Below are positions 49,692 to 57,803 of a DNA stretch of 57,803 nucleotides, one piece after another (position 1 is the stretch's first letter; the number at the start of each line of letters is the position of its first letter). Both the position numbers and the translations under genes were made by a program. The notes beneath the pieces were generated by a model, which had not been told where the DNA came from, did not search any database, and saw only the letters and a program-made list of their open reading frames with translations. The DNA comes from Ferroacidibacillus organovorans (GTDB lineage Bacteria; Bacillota; Bacilli; Alicyclobacillales; SLC66). The DNA lies in NCBI RefSeq assembly GCF_001642725.1, contig NZ_LSUQ01000004.1, forward strand, positions 62,001 through 119,803. Reading direction: 5' to 3'.

Positions 49692-49738
49692 GTGATCCTC
49701 CTTTCAAAATTTTTACTTTTCTCAAGGGAGAAGATAGA

Positions 49739-49882
49739 TTACCAAATCTCACGCCAGCCGTGCGAAGTTGAGGTTGATGTTGACGTTCCTGTTGGAGAAA
49801 TTACGAAGAGGTTGAGTGCAAAAAAACTCGCGCACACCGTAAAAGTGAGCACAGGAAGGCTACGTTTGAAAAATTTGAACAC
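49739..49882 (-). CDS. 47-aa secreted propeptide candidate (not in ORF track)
   Basis: GTG 5 nt after AAGGGA; MFKFFKRSLPVLTFTVCASFFALNLFVISPTGTSTSTSTSHGWREIW; fills the gap between riboswitch and TPR gene. Confidence 0.8.
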   Translation of the reverse strand: MFKFFKRSLPVLTFTVCASFFALNLFVISPTGTSTSTSTSHGWREIW

Positions 49883-49906
49883 AAAAATCCCTTCTTTCGG
49901 TTAGGG

Positions 49907-49990
49907 TTCCGGCAACCCGGCTACCTTGGCGATCTCGCTTTAGGTCCGTGGCTTTGCGCCCTTACTTTTCAGTAAGTTTGCCTAATTAAT
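49907..49990 (-). ncRNA. Cyclic di-GMP-I (GEMM) riboswitch
   Basis: Minus strand GGCAAACUUACU-GAAA-AGUAAGGGCGCAAAGCCACGGACCUAAAGCGAGAUCGCCAAGGUAGCCGGGUUGCCG: P2 with GAAA tetraloop, CGCAAAGC junction, CCUAA receptor, P3. Confidence 0.92.
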
Positions 49991-50109
49991 ATTTAGCAGT
50001 TTTGTTGAGTACTGTCAATGATTTGTTTATAGTAGTTCATGAAGCTGTACGAGGGCTTCACACTCTGCCTTGTATTGATTTTTTAATGGAGGCTTTAGGG
50101 GGAGCATAC

Positions 50110-51189
50110 GTGAGTCGTCTTGTGCGTGTCGGAATCATTGGATGTGGCGGAATTGCTAATGGAAAACACTTGCCAAGCTTAAAGAAGGTCAAGGATGTTT
50201 CAATTGTCGCGTTTTGCGACTTGGAAATGGATCGCGCAGAAAAGGCGCGCGCTTCGTATGGGTCAGAAGATGCGGTGGTGTATACCGATTATCGCGAGTT
50301 ATTGAAAGATCAGAGTATTGAAGTGATTCACGTCTGCACACCGAATGACAGTCACGCAGAGATCACGGTGGCGTCACTCCATGCGGGTAAACACGTGATG
50401 TGTGAGAAACCAATGGCAAAAACGTCTGCCGAAGCGAAGCGGATGATTGAAGCGGCAAACGAGACGGGTAAGAAGCTGACGATCGGCTACCAGAATCGCT
50501 TCCGTCCGGACTCTCAATATTTAAAGAAAACGTGTGACAAGGGCGAACTGGGTGAAGTTTATTTTGCGAAAGCGCACGCGATTCGCCGCCGCGCCGTTCC
50601 AACCTGGGGTGTCTTTCTCGATGAAGAGAAGCAGGGTGGGGGACCGCTGATTGATATTGGCACGCATGCACTTGACTTGGCACTGTGGATGATGGACAAC
50701 TATCAACCGAAAGCGGTTCTAGGAACGACTTTCCATAAACTTGGCAAACGTGAAAACGCGGCGAATGCCTGGGGGCCTTGGGACCCTGCAAAGTTCACGG
50801 TGGAAGATTCCGCTTTTGGCATGGTCACGATGGAGAACGGTGCGACGATCTTGCTTGAGTCCAGTTGGGCGCTAAACACCCTTCAAGTGGGGGAAGCGCG
50901 CTGCACGCTCTCCGGGACGGAAGGTGGCGCTGACATGCAGGATGGTCTGCGCATCAATGGGGAACAGTTCGGGAAATTGTACACGACGAATGTTGAACTC
51001 GGCGCAGGCGGAGTCGATTTCTACGATGGTGAGATGGAGAATGCGGCAGACCTGGAAGCGCGTCTCTGGATTGAAGCGGTTCGTGAGGATCGCGCACCTG
51101 TCGTACTGCCGGAACAGGCTTACGTCGTCACTCAGATCCTTGAAGCGATTTATGAATCTGCAAAATCAGGCAAGGCAATCTACTTTTAA
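50110..51189 (+). CDS. Gfo/Idh/MocA family oxidoreductase
   Basis: GIIGCGGIA, CTPNDSH, HVMCEKP, GGGPLIDIGTHALD; GTG after GGGGGAG. Confidence 0.93.
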   Translation: MSRLVRVGIIGCGGIANGKHLPSLKKVKDVSIVAFCDLEMDRAEKARASYGSEDAVVYTDYRELLKDQSIEVIHVCTPNDSHAEITVASLHAGKHVMCEKPMAKTSAEAKRMIEAANETGKKLTIGYQNRFRPDSQYLKKTCDKGELGEVYFAKAHAIRRRAVPTWGVFLDEEKQGGGPLIDIGTHALDLALWMMDNYQPKAVLGTTFHKLGKRENAANAWGPWDPAKFTVEDSAFGMVTMENGATILLESSWALNTLQVGEARCTLSGTEGGADMQDGLRINGEQFGKLYTTNVELGAGGVDFYDGEMENAADLEARLWIEAVREDRAPVVLPEQAYVVTQILEAIYESAKSGKAIYF

Positions 51190-51196
51190 CTCGCTG

Positions 51197-51219
51197 GGGG
51201 ACTACGGTCCCCTTTTTTT
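51197..51219 (+). terminator. Intrinsic terminator
   Basis: GGGGAC-TACG-GTCCCC-TTTTTTT. Confidence 0.85.
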
Positions 51220-51286
51220 GGCTATGGGTTTGACACCATTCAGGAAATTGTCGATGGAGTGATCAGGGTTAGAGGGAGGTCGTCTT

Positions 51287-52264
51287 GTGGATGGGCTGAA
51301 GTTGCGAAGCGTAGGCAGGACAGATCTCCAATTGTCGGCACTCGGGTTAGGTTGCTGGCAATTCAGCAACGGTCGCGGTTTGATTGGCGGTTATTGGTCG
51401 AGTATCGCGGAACGGGGTGTGCGCGAGATCGTAGAGACGACGCTTGCTGGCGGAATCAACTGGTTTGATACGGCGGAGATCTATGGTCGGGGTGGATCAG
51501 AGCGTGCACTTGCGCACGCATTGTCAACACTTGACGTCGCGTCAGACAATGTTGTGATCGCAACGAAATGGTGGCCATTAGGACGACGCGCTGCTTCCAT
51601 TGCGCAAACGTTTCCGGAGCGGGTCTCGTGCCTAAGCCCGTACCCGATCACGCTTCACCAGATTCATCAGCCATTCTCGCTCGCGTCGATTCCGAGTCAA
51701 ATGAAAGAAATGGCCCGCCTTCACGAGCAAGGACTGATTCGCGCGGTTGGCGTCAGCAATTTTAGCGCTGCACAAATGCGCGCTGCTCACAAGGCGCTCG
51801 CTGGGTATGGCATCCCACTCGCCTCAAATCAAGTGAAGTACAGCCTGCTTGATCGCCGGATTGAGCGAAATGGCGTGCTAGACACGGCGCACGACTTGGG
51901 GATATCTATTATCGCTTACTCCCCGCTTGAGCAAGGAATCCTCACCGGCGCCTTCCATCGTGACGCAGAGCGTCTCAAGGTACTGCGTGGTGCGCGAAAA
52001 CTCCAGGTGACTGCAAAGCGAATTGAGACGAGTCGGCCGCTGATTGATCGCTTGGAAACGTTCGCAAAAAAATATGAGGCCACTGCGTCACAGATTGCGC
52101 TGCACGCGTTGGTCACTCTTCACGGTGAACTCGTCTTTGCGATCCCGGGTGCGTCAAACGTACGTCAAGCACAGGAAAATGCAGGAGCTTTGCACATTTC
52201 GCTCACCGAGGAAGAACGAAGCGAGATTCAAGAGTTGAGTTTGCGTGTCGTCGCGAACGGGTGA
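51287..52264 (+). CDS. Aldo/keto reductase
   Basis: LGLGCWQ, FDTAEIYG, IATK, VGVSNF, NQVKYSL, AYSPL, IPGA. Confidence 0.93.
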   Translation: MDGLKLRSVGRTDLQLSALGLGCWQFSNGRGLIGGYWSSIAERGVREIVETTLAGGINWFDTAEIYGRGGSERALAHALSTLDVASDNVVIATKWWPLGRRAASIAQTFPERVSCLSPYPITLHQIHQPFSLASIPSQMKEMARLHEQGLIRAVGVSNFSAAQMRAAHKALAGYGIPLASNQVKYSLLDRRIERNGVLDTAHDLGISIIAYSPLEQGILTGAFHRDAERLKVLRGARKLQVTAKRIETSRPLIDRLETFAKKYEATASQIALHALVTLHGELVFAIPGASNVRQAQENAGALHISLTEEERSEIQELSLRVVANG

Positions 52265-52275
52265 GATAAAAATGC

Positions 52276-52304
52276 TTGACTTTTAAATCTTCTATGATTA
52301 TCGT
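52276..52304 (+). promoter_or_regulatory. Putative sigmaA promoter of the amylopullulanase gene
   Basis: TTGACT-17 bp-TATCGT. Confidence 0.5.
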
Positions 52305-52342
52305 AAAAATGTTATTGTTCAAGACTATTTTTCTTTTGCTGC

Positions 52343-52354
52343 GCAAACGTTTGC
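52343..52354. promoter_or_regulatory. LacI-family operator (MalR/MdxR- or CcpA-like)
   Basis: Perfect palindrome GCAAACGTTTGC with central CG, between promoter and starch-hydrolase gene. Confidence 0.7.
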
Positions 52355-52369
52355 ACGGCGGCTATATCG

Positions 52370-52411
52370 TCACTTTTTGAATGCAATTTTAAATCACATT
52401 TTGAATGCAAT
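52370..52411 (+). repeat. 18-bp direct repeat, two copies, 24-bp period
   Basis: TCACTTTTTGAATGCAAT (52370-52387) and TCACATTTTGAATGCAAT (52394-52411). Confidence 0.85.
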
Positions 52412-52424
52412 GAGGAGGGTTCCA

Positions 52425-55400
52425 ATGGCCGTTCGCGCCAGGAAACTGGCAACTGCACTCACCGTCGCGCTCGCGTTAACGAATGCTTTTCCACTCGCTG
52501 GCTTTATTGCAAACGCTTCCACAGTGAATCAAGTGGCTGTCACATTTCAGGTGACTTTGCCGCAGACGCCGTCGGGCGCTGTATATGTTACAGGAAATGC
52601 GCCAGAACTGGGCAACTGGACGCCACAGAGTGGCGTAGGCCCTTTTCACGCTACGTCAACGCCTGATGTGTACACCGATACGGTCATGATGAGCCCAGGG
52701 GAGGCATTTCAATACAAATTTGTTGAGATCAGCGGGACAACGGTGAACTGGGCGCCTGGGAGCAATTTTTCATATGTGGTGCCAACCGCTGTGTCCGCAG
52801 TAACGGTTAATGACGCCTATGCGACGACGATATCTCCTGTGCCGACGATTCTAACGTCAGCACTTCCCACGGCGACGCTTGATACGTCCTATGCTGCGAC
52901 AATTCTTACTGTCAACGACGGTGCAGAACCTTACGCCTACAGCGAGCAAGGTGCACTTCCGTCCGGTTTAACTTTTGTGAGCGGAAGCTTTTATGGTACC
53001 CCCCTAGCGACAGGGACGTATCCGGTCACAGTGACGGTAAAAGACAACTATGGAGCCTCACAAACTGCAAACTATACGCTTTCTGTGGGATTTCCGCCGA
53101 CCCCGTTGATTCAGAATACGACACTTCCAGCCGCCACGGTCGGACTCCCCTACACTGCACAACTTCAGGTGATCGGTGGAACGGCTCCCTATACCTTTTC
53201 GACGGTAACTGGCGCGACCTATGGGAGTCTGCCGGTTGGACTCTCGCTCTCTTCGGGCGGAACGCTCACAGGAATCCCACAGCAACCCGGTTCAGGCTCG
53301 TTTACGGTCTCTGTGTCGGACGCCAATCAGCGGTCGTCGTCACAAACCATCTCATTGCCTGTGAATGCGGCGACGATCGGTATCGGTGCCCAGCCGATAA
53401 CGGCAGGATATTCAAGCGCGACGCTGGTTGTTTCTGGCATCGGGACAGACTTTCAAAGCGGCGTGACGACGGTGTCGATCAGCGATGCGGTCAATGGGAC
53501 GATGAACCTGACGGCAGATACGTCTGTAACGTCGCCCTCCGCGCTCACGATTGCACTGCCTGGCGGAGATGCGGGGCTCGGCGCTGGAACGTACACGTTG
53601 AGTATCACGACGAGGGGGCAAACACAAACTGCCACGGTGCTTATCGCGCCGTTCACAAGTGCGACGACGGTTCAGTGGGATGGCATTTATACCACGCAGT
53701 CGGGCAGCTATCTCAGCAATCCGAATCCCGCGCCTGGAACAACCGTCACGATCGGGTTTCGCGCCTACAGCGGAAATTTGACTTCTGCCGTGTTGAATTA
53801 CTACGACACGGCACAGGGGAAGGGATTTTCCGTCAATATGACGCCGGGGAAAACGTTCGGTCCTTATCAGCTGTATACGGCGACGATCCCAGCGTCAAAC
53901 GGTGGGACGATTTATTATCGCTTCAACCTGTTTGACGGTCAGAATACCGCGTGCCTCTCGGGAGACGGTTTGCATACAGGAGATACGACGAACGACAATT
54001 TTGCGTTGCCGGTCGGTGGAATGTCCTTTTCTACGTTACACGCGAACGTGGGAGACTTAATCACTGCAAATGACAGCGTCGGGGATTTTAGCGCGGGGAC
54101 AACTGTCGCGAATTATGTCAACGCGAGCGGACAGGTGGTGGCATCCGCTGCGGGGCAAAACGCGGGGTGGAACTCGGTTCAATTTTCGGTTCCATCCGGG
54201 ATCGCGCAGGGGTTGTACACGGTTGATGTCGTCACACAGGCGAGAGACAGCAACGGCGTTGTCAACAGTCAGCTCGATCGCACATCCCTCTTGGCGGTCG
54301 GCTCGGGACACTATTGGTTTGACGATTTGAAACATGACTCATTCCAGCCGTTTTATCGCAGCCCGTTTGGCGCCGTCGCCGTTGGAACGAGTGTAACACT
54401 ACGCTTGCGCGGACCGCTCGGTCTTGTGAATCCAGAATTGCGGTTGTGGGGCGCGGCGGGAAATGCGGCAGAGACCGATTTGCCGATGACTCCTGTGGCG
54501 ATGAGTGCAAGCCAGATCGCACTTGCGACGGGGGATAATCCAGCCCATTACTCGTGGTGGCAAGTCACGATTCCGGCGACGGATATCACGCAAACAGGCG
54601 ACATGTGGTACCAATTCATGGGGCTGTATCAGGGACAAACGATCTATTACGACGACAACGGTGCACAGGTTGAGGGAATTGGGCAGCCGGGATTCTCGGC
54701 AGGTGGGCCGAGTTACCAACTCTCGGTGTATCAGGCAGGGTATCAGACGCCAACGTGGCTCAAGCATGCGGTCATCTATCAGATTTTCCCAGATCGCTTT
54801 TTCAACGGGAACATTACTAATGACCAGAATCCGAATGTCGACAAAACGGTGGGAACGCTGCCAAACGGGCAGGAGGGACTCGTTCCGATTCAATTTCACA
54901 AAAACTGGTACAGTCTTCCGTATGACCCGGCGATCACGGCAAACCCGACGGATCCCAACTACCAACAAGAACTGAAGCTGCGCGGGTCGGGACAGTGGAG
55001 TTCTGACTTTTTTGGCGGAGACTTGCGCGGCATTCAATACAAACTTGATTATTTGAAGAGCCTTGGCGTCAATACGCTGTACCTCAATCCGATCTTCCAG
55101 TCGAGCTCGAATCACAAGTATGACACGGGCAACTTCATGAAGATCGATCCCGGATTTGGCACGATGCAGGAGTGGTTGAATCTGGTGCGCGCGGCGAAAG
55201 CGCGCGGCATGCATATCATCTTGGACACGGCGTTTGAGGACACTGGGAGCAACAGTGTCTACTTCAACAAGTTTGGCACGTACAACTCGGTGGGGGCGTG
55301 GCAGCAATACAAGAAACCGAGTGTCACGTCTCCCTACTACAACTGGTTTGACTGGACGGGCAATCCAGCTTCTCCGTACAATTCGTGGTTCGGGTTTGAT

Positions 55401-57083
55401 ACGCTGCCGCTTGCCAATACCAGTAATCCTAGCTATCAAAACTTTGTCTACGGCGGAAAGAACGCAGTCGCAAAATACTGGATCGAGCAAGGGGCGTCTG
55501 GTTGGCGGCTCGACTCGGCGGACAACAGCAATTTTAGTGTCGCATGGTGGTCTGCTTTTCGCAGCGCCGTCAAATCAATTGATCCAAATGCGGCGATCAT
55601 CGGTGAAATATGGAACAATGCAACGAATGACAATGGTACCAACTGGTTTCAGGGGAACACGTTTGACTCTGTGATGAATTATCAGTTCAGAAACGCCGTA
55701 ATCGATTTTTTCCGCGGCAACTACAACGATGGCAATGTGACACATTCGCAGGTCGACGCGAGTGGGTTTAATAACGAGTTGATGCGACTTTATAGCGAGT
55801 ATCCGCTACAGTCGTTCTACTCGCTGATGAATCTCGTCGATTCGCACGACACGATGCGGATCCTGTCCATTTTGAGCAACGCGCCGAGTCCGACTGCGAT
55901 GAGTGCGTATCAGCAGGCAACATGGCAGCCGAGTGCAGCGGATATGGCGACGGGCATCGCAAAACTGAAGCTCGTCTCGGACTTCCAGTTCGCGTTTCCC
56001 GGCAATCCGACAGTCTACTACGGAGACGAGGCGGGGACGCTCGGCTACAAAGATCCGCTGGATCGCGGAACCTATCCGTGGGGGCGCGCCAACACGGATC
56101 TGGTGAATCACTATCGCTTGCTTGGCGCGATTCGCGGCGCAAATCCGGTGCTTCAGACGGGGACGTTTACGCCGCTCTACACGCAAGGGGGCGTTTACGC
56201 GTTTGCACGCACGATCACGGGTAGCAAAGACGTGTTTGGCGCACCGGCGCAGGACGCATCCGCCATATTTGCGATGAACAACGCGGCGAGTGGTTCGACG
56301 GTGACGATTCCTGTGCAGGGGACTGTTGCGGATGGGACAGCGATGCTTGATGAACTGAGCGGACAGTGGTACACGGTTACGAATGGAAGTGTGACGCTGC
56401 CGCTTGGCGCGTATCAAGGCGCGCTTCTGATCGCGAATCCTAGCGCGCCGGTCGCCATGATGCAGAGTACGTCGACAAACACGTGGCTGCAGTGGACGCC
56501 CGTGGCTGGCGCACGCGGCTATCGCGTGTATGTGAAGCGTCCGGATGGGACGTATCAGCCTGTCGGGAAGAAGCTGTCGCGTGACACGCTGAGTCTTGAT
56601 GTGACGGCGCTGCGCGGCGCGCGGGCGAAGGTGTTTCGCGTCCTTGCGCTATCGGGAGACAGAAAGGGTAAAGCGGGGGATGGTCAGGAATTGGCGCAGA
56701 ATCCTGCGAGTTCATGTGCAGTGACCGTTCCGGCGGCCAATCTCTCGATCGGGCAACCGATTGCAACGGTGAAAAAGCAAGAAGTGAAGATCAGTCTGCC
56801 GGCGGTCGCGAATGCGAGTGCGTATAAAGTTTACGAGGAGACGAGTGACGGCTCTTACGGTTTGATTGAAACCGTTCCGGCGGCACAGGATAGCCAAGGG
56901 AAAGATGCGCAGGGGGCAGTGGACAAAGCAAACGGTGCCGATCAACGTCAGATGGTTCTGCGCGTGCCCGCGAGTGGATCGCTCGTGTTTGAAGTAGCCG
57001 CGCAAAATCAAGATGATTACGTGGTGACACAGCCTGTGACGGCATCGGATGCGACACTTCCGCAAACGCCGCCAAGCAAGTAG
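52425..57083 (+). CDS. Secreted multidomain GH13 amylopullulanase / alpha-amylase
   Basis: Signal peptide; CBM20-like (VYVTGNAPELGNW, YKFV); two Ig-like repeats (LPTAT..., GALPSGL); GH13 YQIFPDRF, GGDLRGI, NHKYDT, GWRLD, GEIW, SHD, YYGDE; ATG after GAGGAGG. Confidence 0.93.
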   Translation: MAVRARKLATALTVALALTNAFPLAGFIANASTVNQVAVTFQVTLPQTPSGAVYVTGNAPELGNWTPQSGVGPFHATSTPDVYTDTVMMSPGEAFQYKFVEISGTTVNWAPGSNFSYVVPTAVSAVTVNDAYATTISPVPTILTSALPTATLDTSYAATILTVNDGAEPYAYSEQGALPSGLTFVSGSFYGTPLATGTYPVTVTVKDNYGASQTANYTLSVGFPPTPLIQNTTLPAATVGLPYTAQLQVIGGTAPYTFSTVTGATYGSLPVGLSLSSGGTLTGIPQQPGSGSFTVSVSDANQRSSSQTISLPVNAATIGIGAQPITAGYSSATLVVSGIGTDFQSGVTTVSISDAVNGTMNLTADTSVTSPSALTIALPGGDAGLGAGTYTLSITTRGQTQTATVLIAPFTSATTVQWDGIYTTQSGSYLSNPNPAPGTTVTIGFRAYSGNLTSAVLNYYDTAQGKGFSVNMTPGKTFGPYQLYTATIPASNGGTIYYRFNLFDGQNTACLSGDGLHTGDTTNDNFALPVGGMSFSTLHANVGDLITANDSVGDFSAGTTVANYVNASGQVVASAAGQNAGWNSVQFSVPSGIAQGLYTVDVVTQARDSNGVVNSQLDRTSLLAVGSGHYWFDDLKHDSFQPFYRSPFGAVAVGTSVTLRLRGPLGLVNPELRLWGAAGNAAETDLPMTPVAMSASQIALATGDNPAHYSWWQVTIPATDITQTGDMWYQFMGLYQGQTIYYDDNGAQVEGIGQPGFSAGGPSYQLSVYQAGYQTPTWLKHAVIYQIFPDRFFNGNITNDQNPNVDKTVGTLPNGQEGLVPIQFHKNWYSLPYDPAITANPTDPNYQQELKLRGSGQWSSDFFGGDLRGIQYKLDYLKSLGVNTLYLNPIFQSSSNHKYDTGNFMKIDPGFGTMQEWLNLVRAAKARGMHIILDTAFEDTGSNSVYFNKFGTYNSVGAWQQYKKPSVTSPYYNWFDWTGNPASPYNSWFGFDTLPLANTSNPSYQNFVYGGKNAVAKYWIEQGASGWRLDSADNSNFSVAWWSAFRSAVKSIDPNAAIIGEIWNNATNDNGTNWFQGNTFDSVMNYQFRNAVIDFFRGNYNDGNVTHSQVDASGFNNELMRLYSEYPLQSFYSLMNLVDSHDTMRILSILSNAPSPTAMSAYQQATWQPSAADMATGIAKLKLVSDFQFAFPGNPTVYYGDEAGTLGYKDPLDRGTYPWGRANTDLVNHYRLLGAIRGANPVLQTGTFTPLYTQGGVYAFARTITGSKDVFGAPAQDASAIFAMNNAASGSTVTIPVQGTVADGTAMLDELSGQWYTVTNGSVTLPLGAYQGALLIANPSAPVAMMQSTSTNTWLQWTPVAGARGYRVYVKRPDGTYQPVGKKLSRDTLSLDVTALRGARAKVFRVLALSGDRKGKAGDGQELAQNPASSCAVTVPAANLSIGQPIATVKKQEVKISLPAVANASAYKVYEETSDGSYGLIETVPAAQDSQGKDAQGAVDKANGADQRQMVLRVPASGSLVFEVAAQNQDDYVVTQPVTASDATLPQTPPSK

Positions 57084-57101
57084 ACGATTGAAGAGCTCGA
57101 C

Positions 57102-57144
57102 AAGATGGCATCCACTCGCTAGAGTGTGGGTGTCATCTTTTTTT
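57102..57144 (+). terminator. Intrinsic terminator after amylopullulanase
   Basis: AAGATGGCATCCAC...GTGGGTGTCATCTT followed by a T run. Confidence 0.8.
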
Positions 57145-57156
57145 AGGAGTGCTGAT

Positions 57157-57803
57157 ATGCGAGATGTTCTTTTGCCAAAGGGCTGGGAGATGGCCTTGAC
57201 GGATTTTTTCGGGGACCGCGGTCTGCGTGTGTGCGCGATTTCGCAGTTGCGTCAGGGCAGTTTCGGCACACTTTATCGACTCGCTGTGGAGAATGAGCAT
57301 GGAAAGATGGATCGCTATGTGATGAAGCACCTCGGTGAGCATCACGACCTTGAACGTGTCATCGCGCCGCTCACGGCGCGGGAACTGTCGCCATATGCGG
57401 TACCGATTGTCGGGGTCATCTGCAGTGACCGAGGGTACGCGACCCTCGCGCCAGACCGGGGACCCCCTGTGCGCGAGAAACGTCCACTTTCTGTCGATGC
57501 GCTCACGCGGATTGTGGATCACCTGGTTATGATGCACGTTACCCTCTCCGACCACGCGCGGATGTGGCATCGGCAGGGCATTTTGCCGGCGCTCACCATT
57601 GCCGATACGCGCGCGTGGATGGAGACGGGCCATCAAGCATGCCGCGCCGCGCTTGCAAAGGAGTCAGTGGACTGGGAGGAAGAGGCGGCGCGCATCGCGT
57701 GGTTTTGTGAACAGCGCGAAAGTTTACTGGCGGGACGCTGTACGATGACACACGGGGATGCACATCTCGGCAATCTGTTTGACCAAGGCGATCGCCTTGA
57801 GTG
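57157..57803 (+). CDS. Aminoglycoside phosphotransferase / choline kinase-like protein (3' truncated by window)
   Basis: Open frame from ATG 57157 after AGGAG; QLRQGSFGTLYRL, YVMK, Brenner motif HGDAHLGN. Confidence 0.8.
   Translation, partial: MRDVLLPKGWEMALTDFFGDRGLRVCAISQLRQGSFGTLYRLAVENEHGKMDRYVMKHLGEHHDLERVIAPLTARELSPYAVPIVGVICSDRGYATLAPDRGPPVREKRPLSVDALTRIVDHLVMMHVTLSDHARMWHRQGILPALTIADTRAWMETGHQACRAALAKESVDWEEEAARIAWFCEQRESLLAGRCTMTHGDAHLGNLFDQGDRLE

Noticed and set aside
45634..49882. Glycocin/RiPP cluster made of peptide, C39-like peptidase and GT2
   Set aside because: The peptidase is the stand-alone YvpB type, there is no exporter, the peptide has no double-glycine leader and only one Cys, and housekeeping hemQ intervenes.
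49680..49904. 74-aa plus-strand ORF from the track
   Set aside because: No RBS or recognisable features; antisense to the better supported peptide ORF.
54399..55490. 363-aa minus-strand ORF and similar long antisense ORFs (9272-10084, 48300-49058)
   Set aside because: Shadows of well-supported genes on the opposite strand, with no motifs of their own.

Overview
Chromosomal window from a spore-forming Bacillales bacterium of moderately high GC. An acidophilic Alicyclobacillaceae-like host is inferred from gene order, the amylopullulanase and the composition of secreted proteins. Most of it is housekeeping: partial pxpB, PucR-family regulator, msmX-like ATPase, hprK, a his operon lacking hisD/hisB, a peptide ABC operon, argS, a TPR protein, orphan selB, class I aroA, glcK-rapZ-yvcK-whiA-crh, pyc, an APC permease and hemQ. 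It also holds two probable sporulation clusters (one with four GerPA-like paralogs around an Hsp20 gene), a cobalamin-riboswitch-controlled corrinoid salvage operon ending in a CobT-BluB fusion, and a large GH13 amylopullulanase. The most notable element is on the minus strand at 48225-49990: a c-di-GMP-I riboswitch, then an unannotated 47-aa secreted-propeptide-like ORF ending in HGWREIW, then a TPR protein fused to a degenerate HD-GYP domain. This is a candidate peptide-signalling (RRNPP-like) cassette linked to c-di-GMP. No tRNA, rRNA, CRISPR array, transposase or phage gene was recognised. All calls were made by eye, without database searches.
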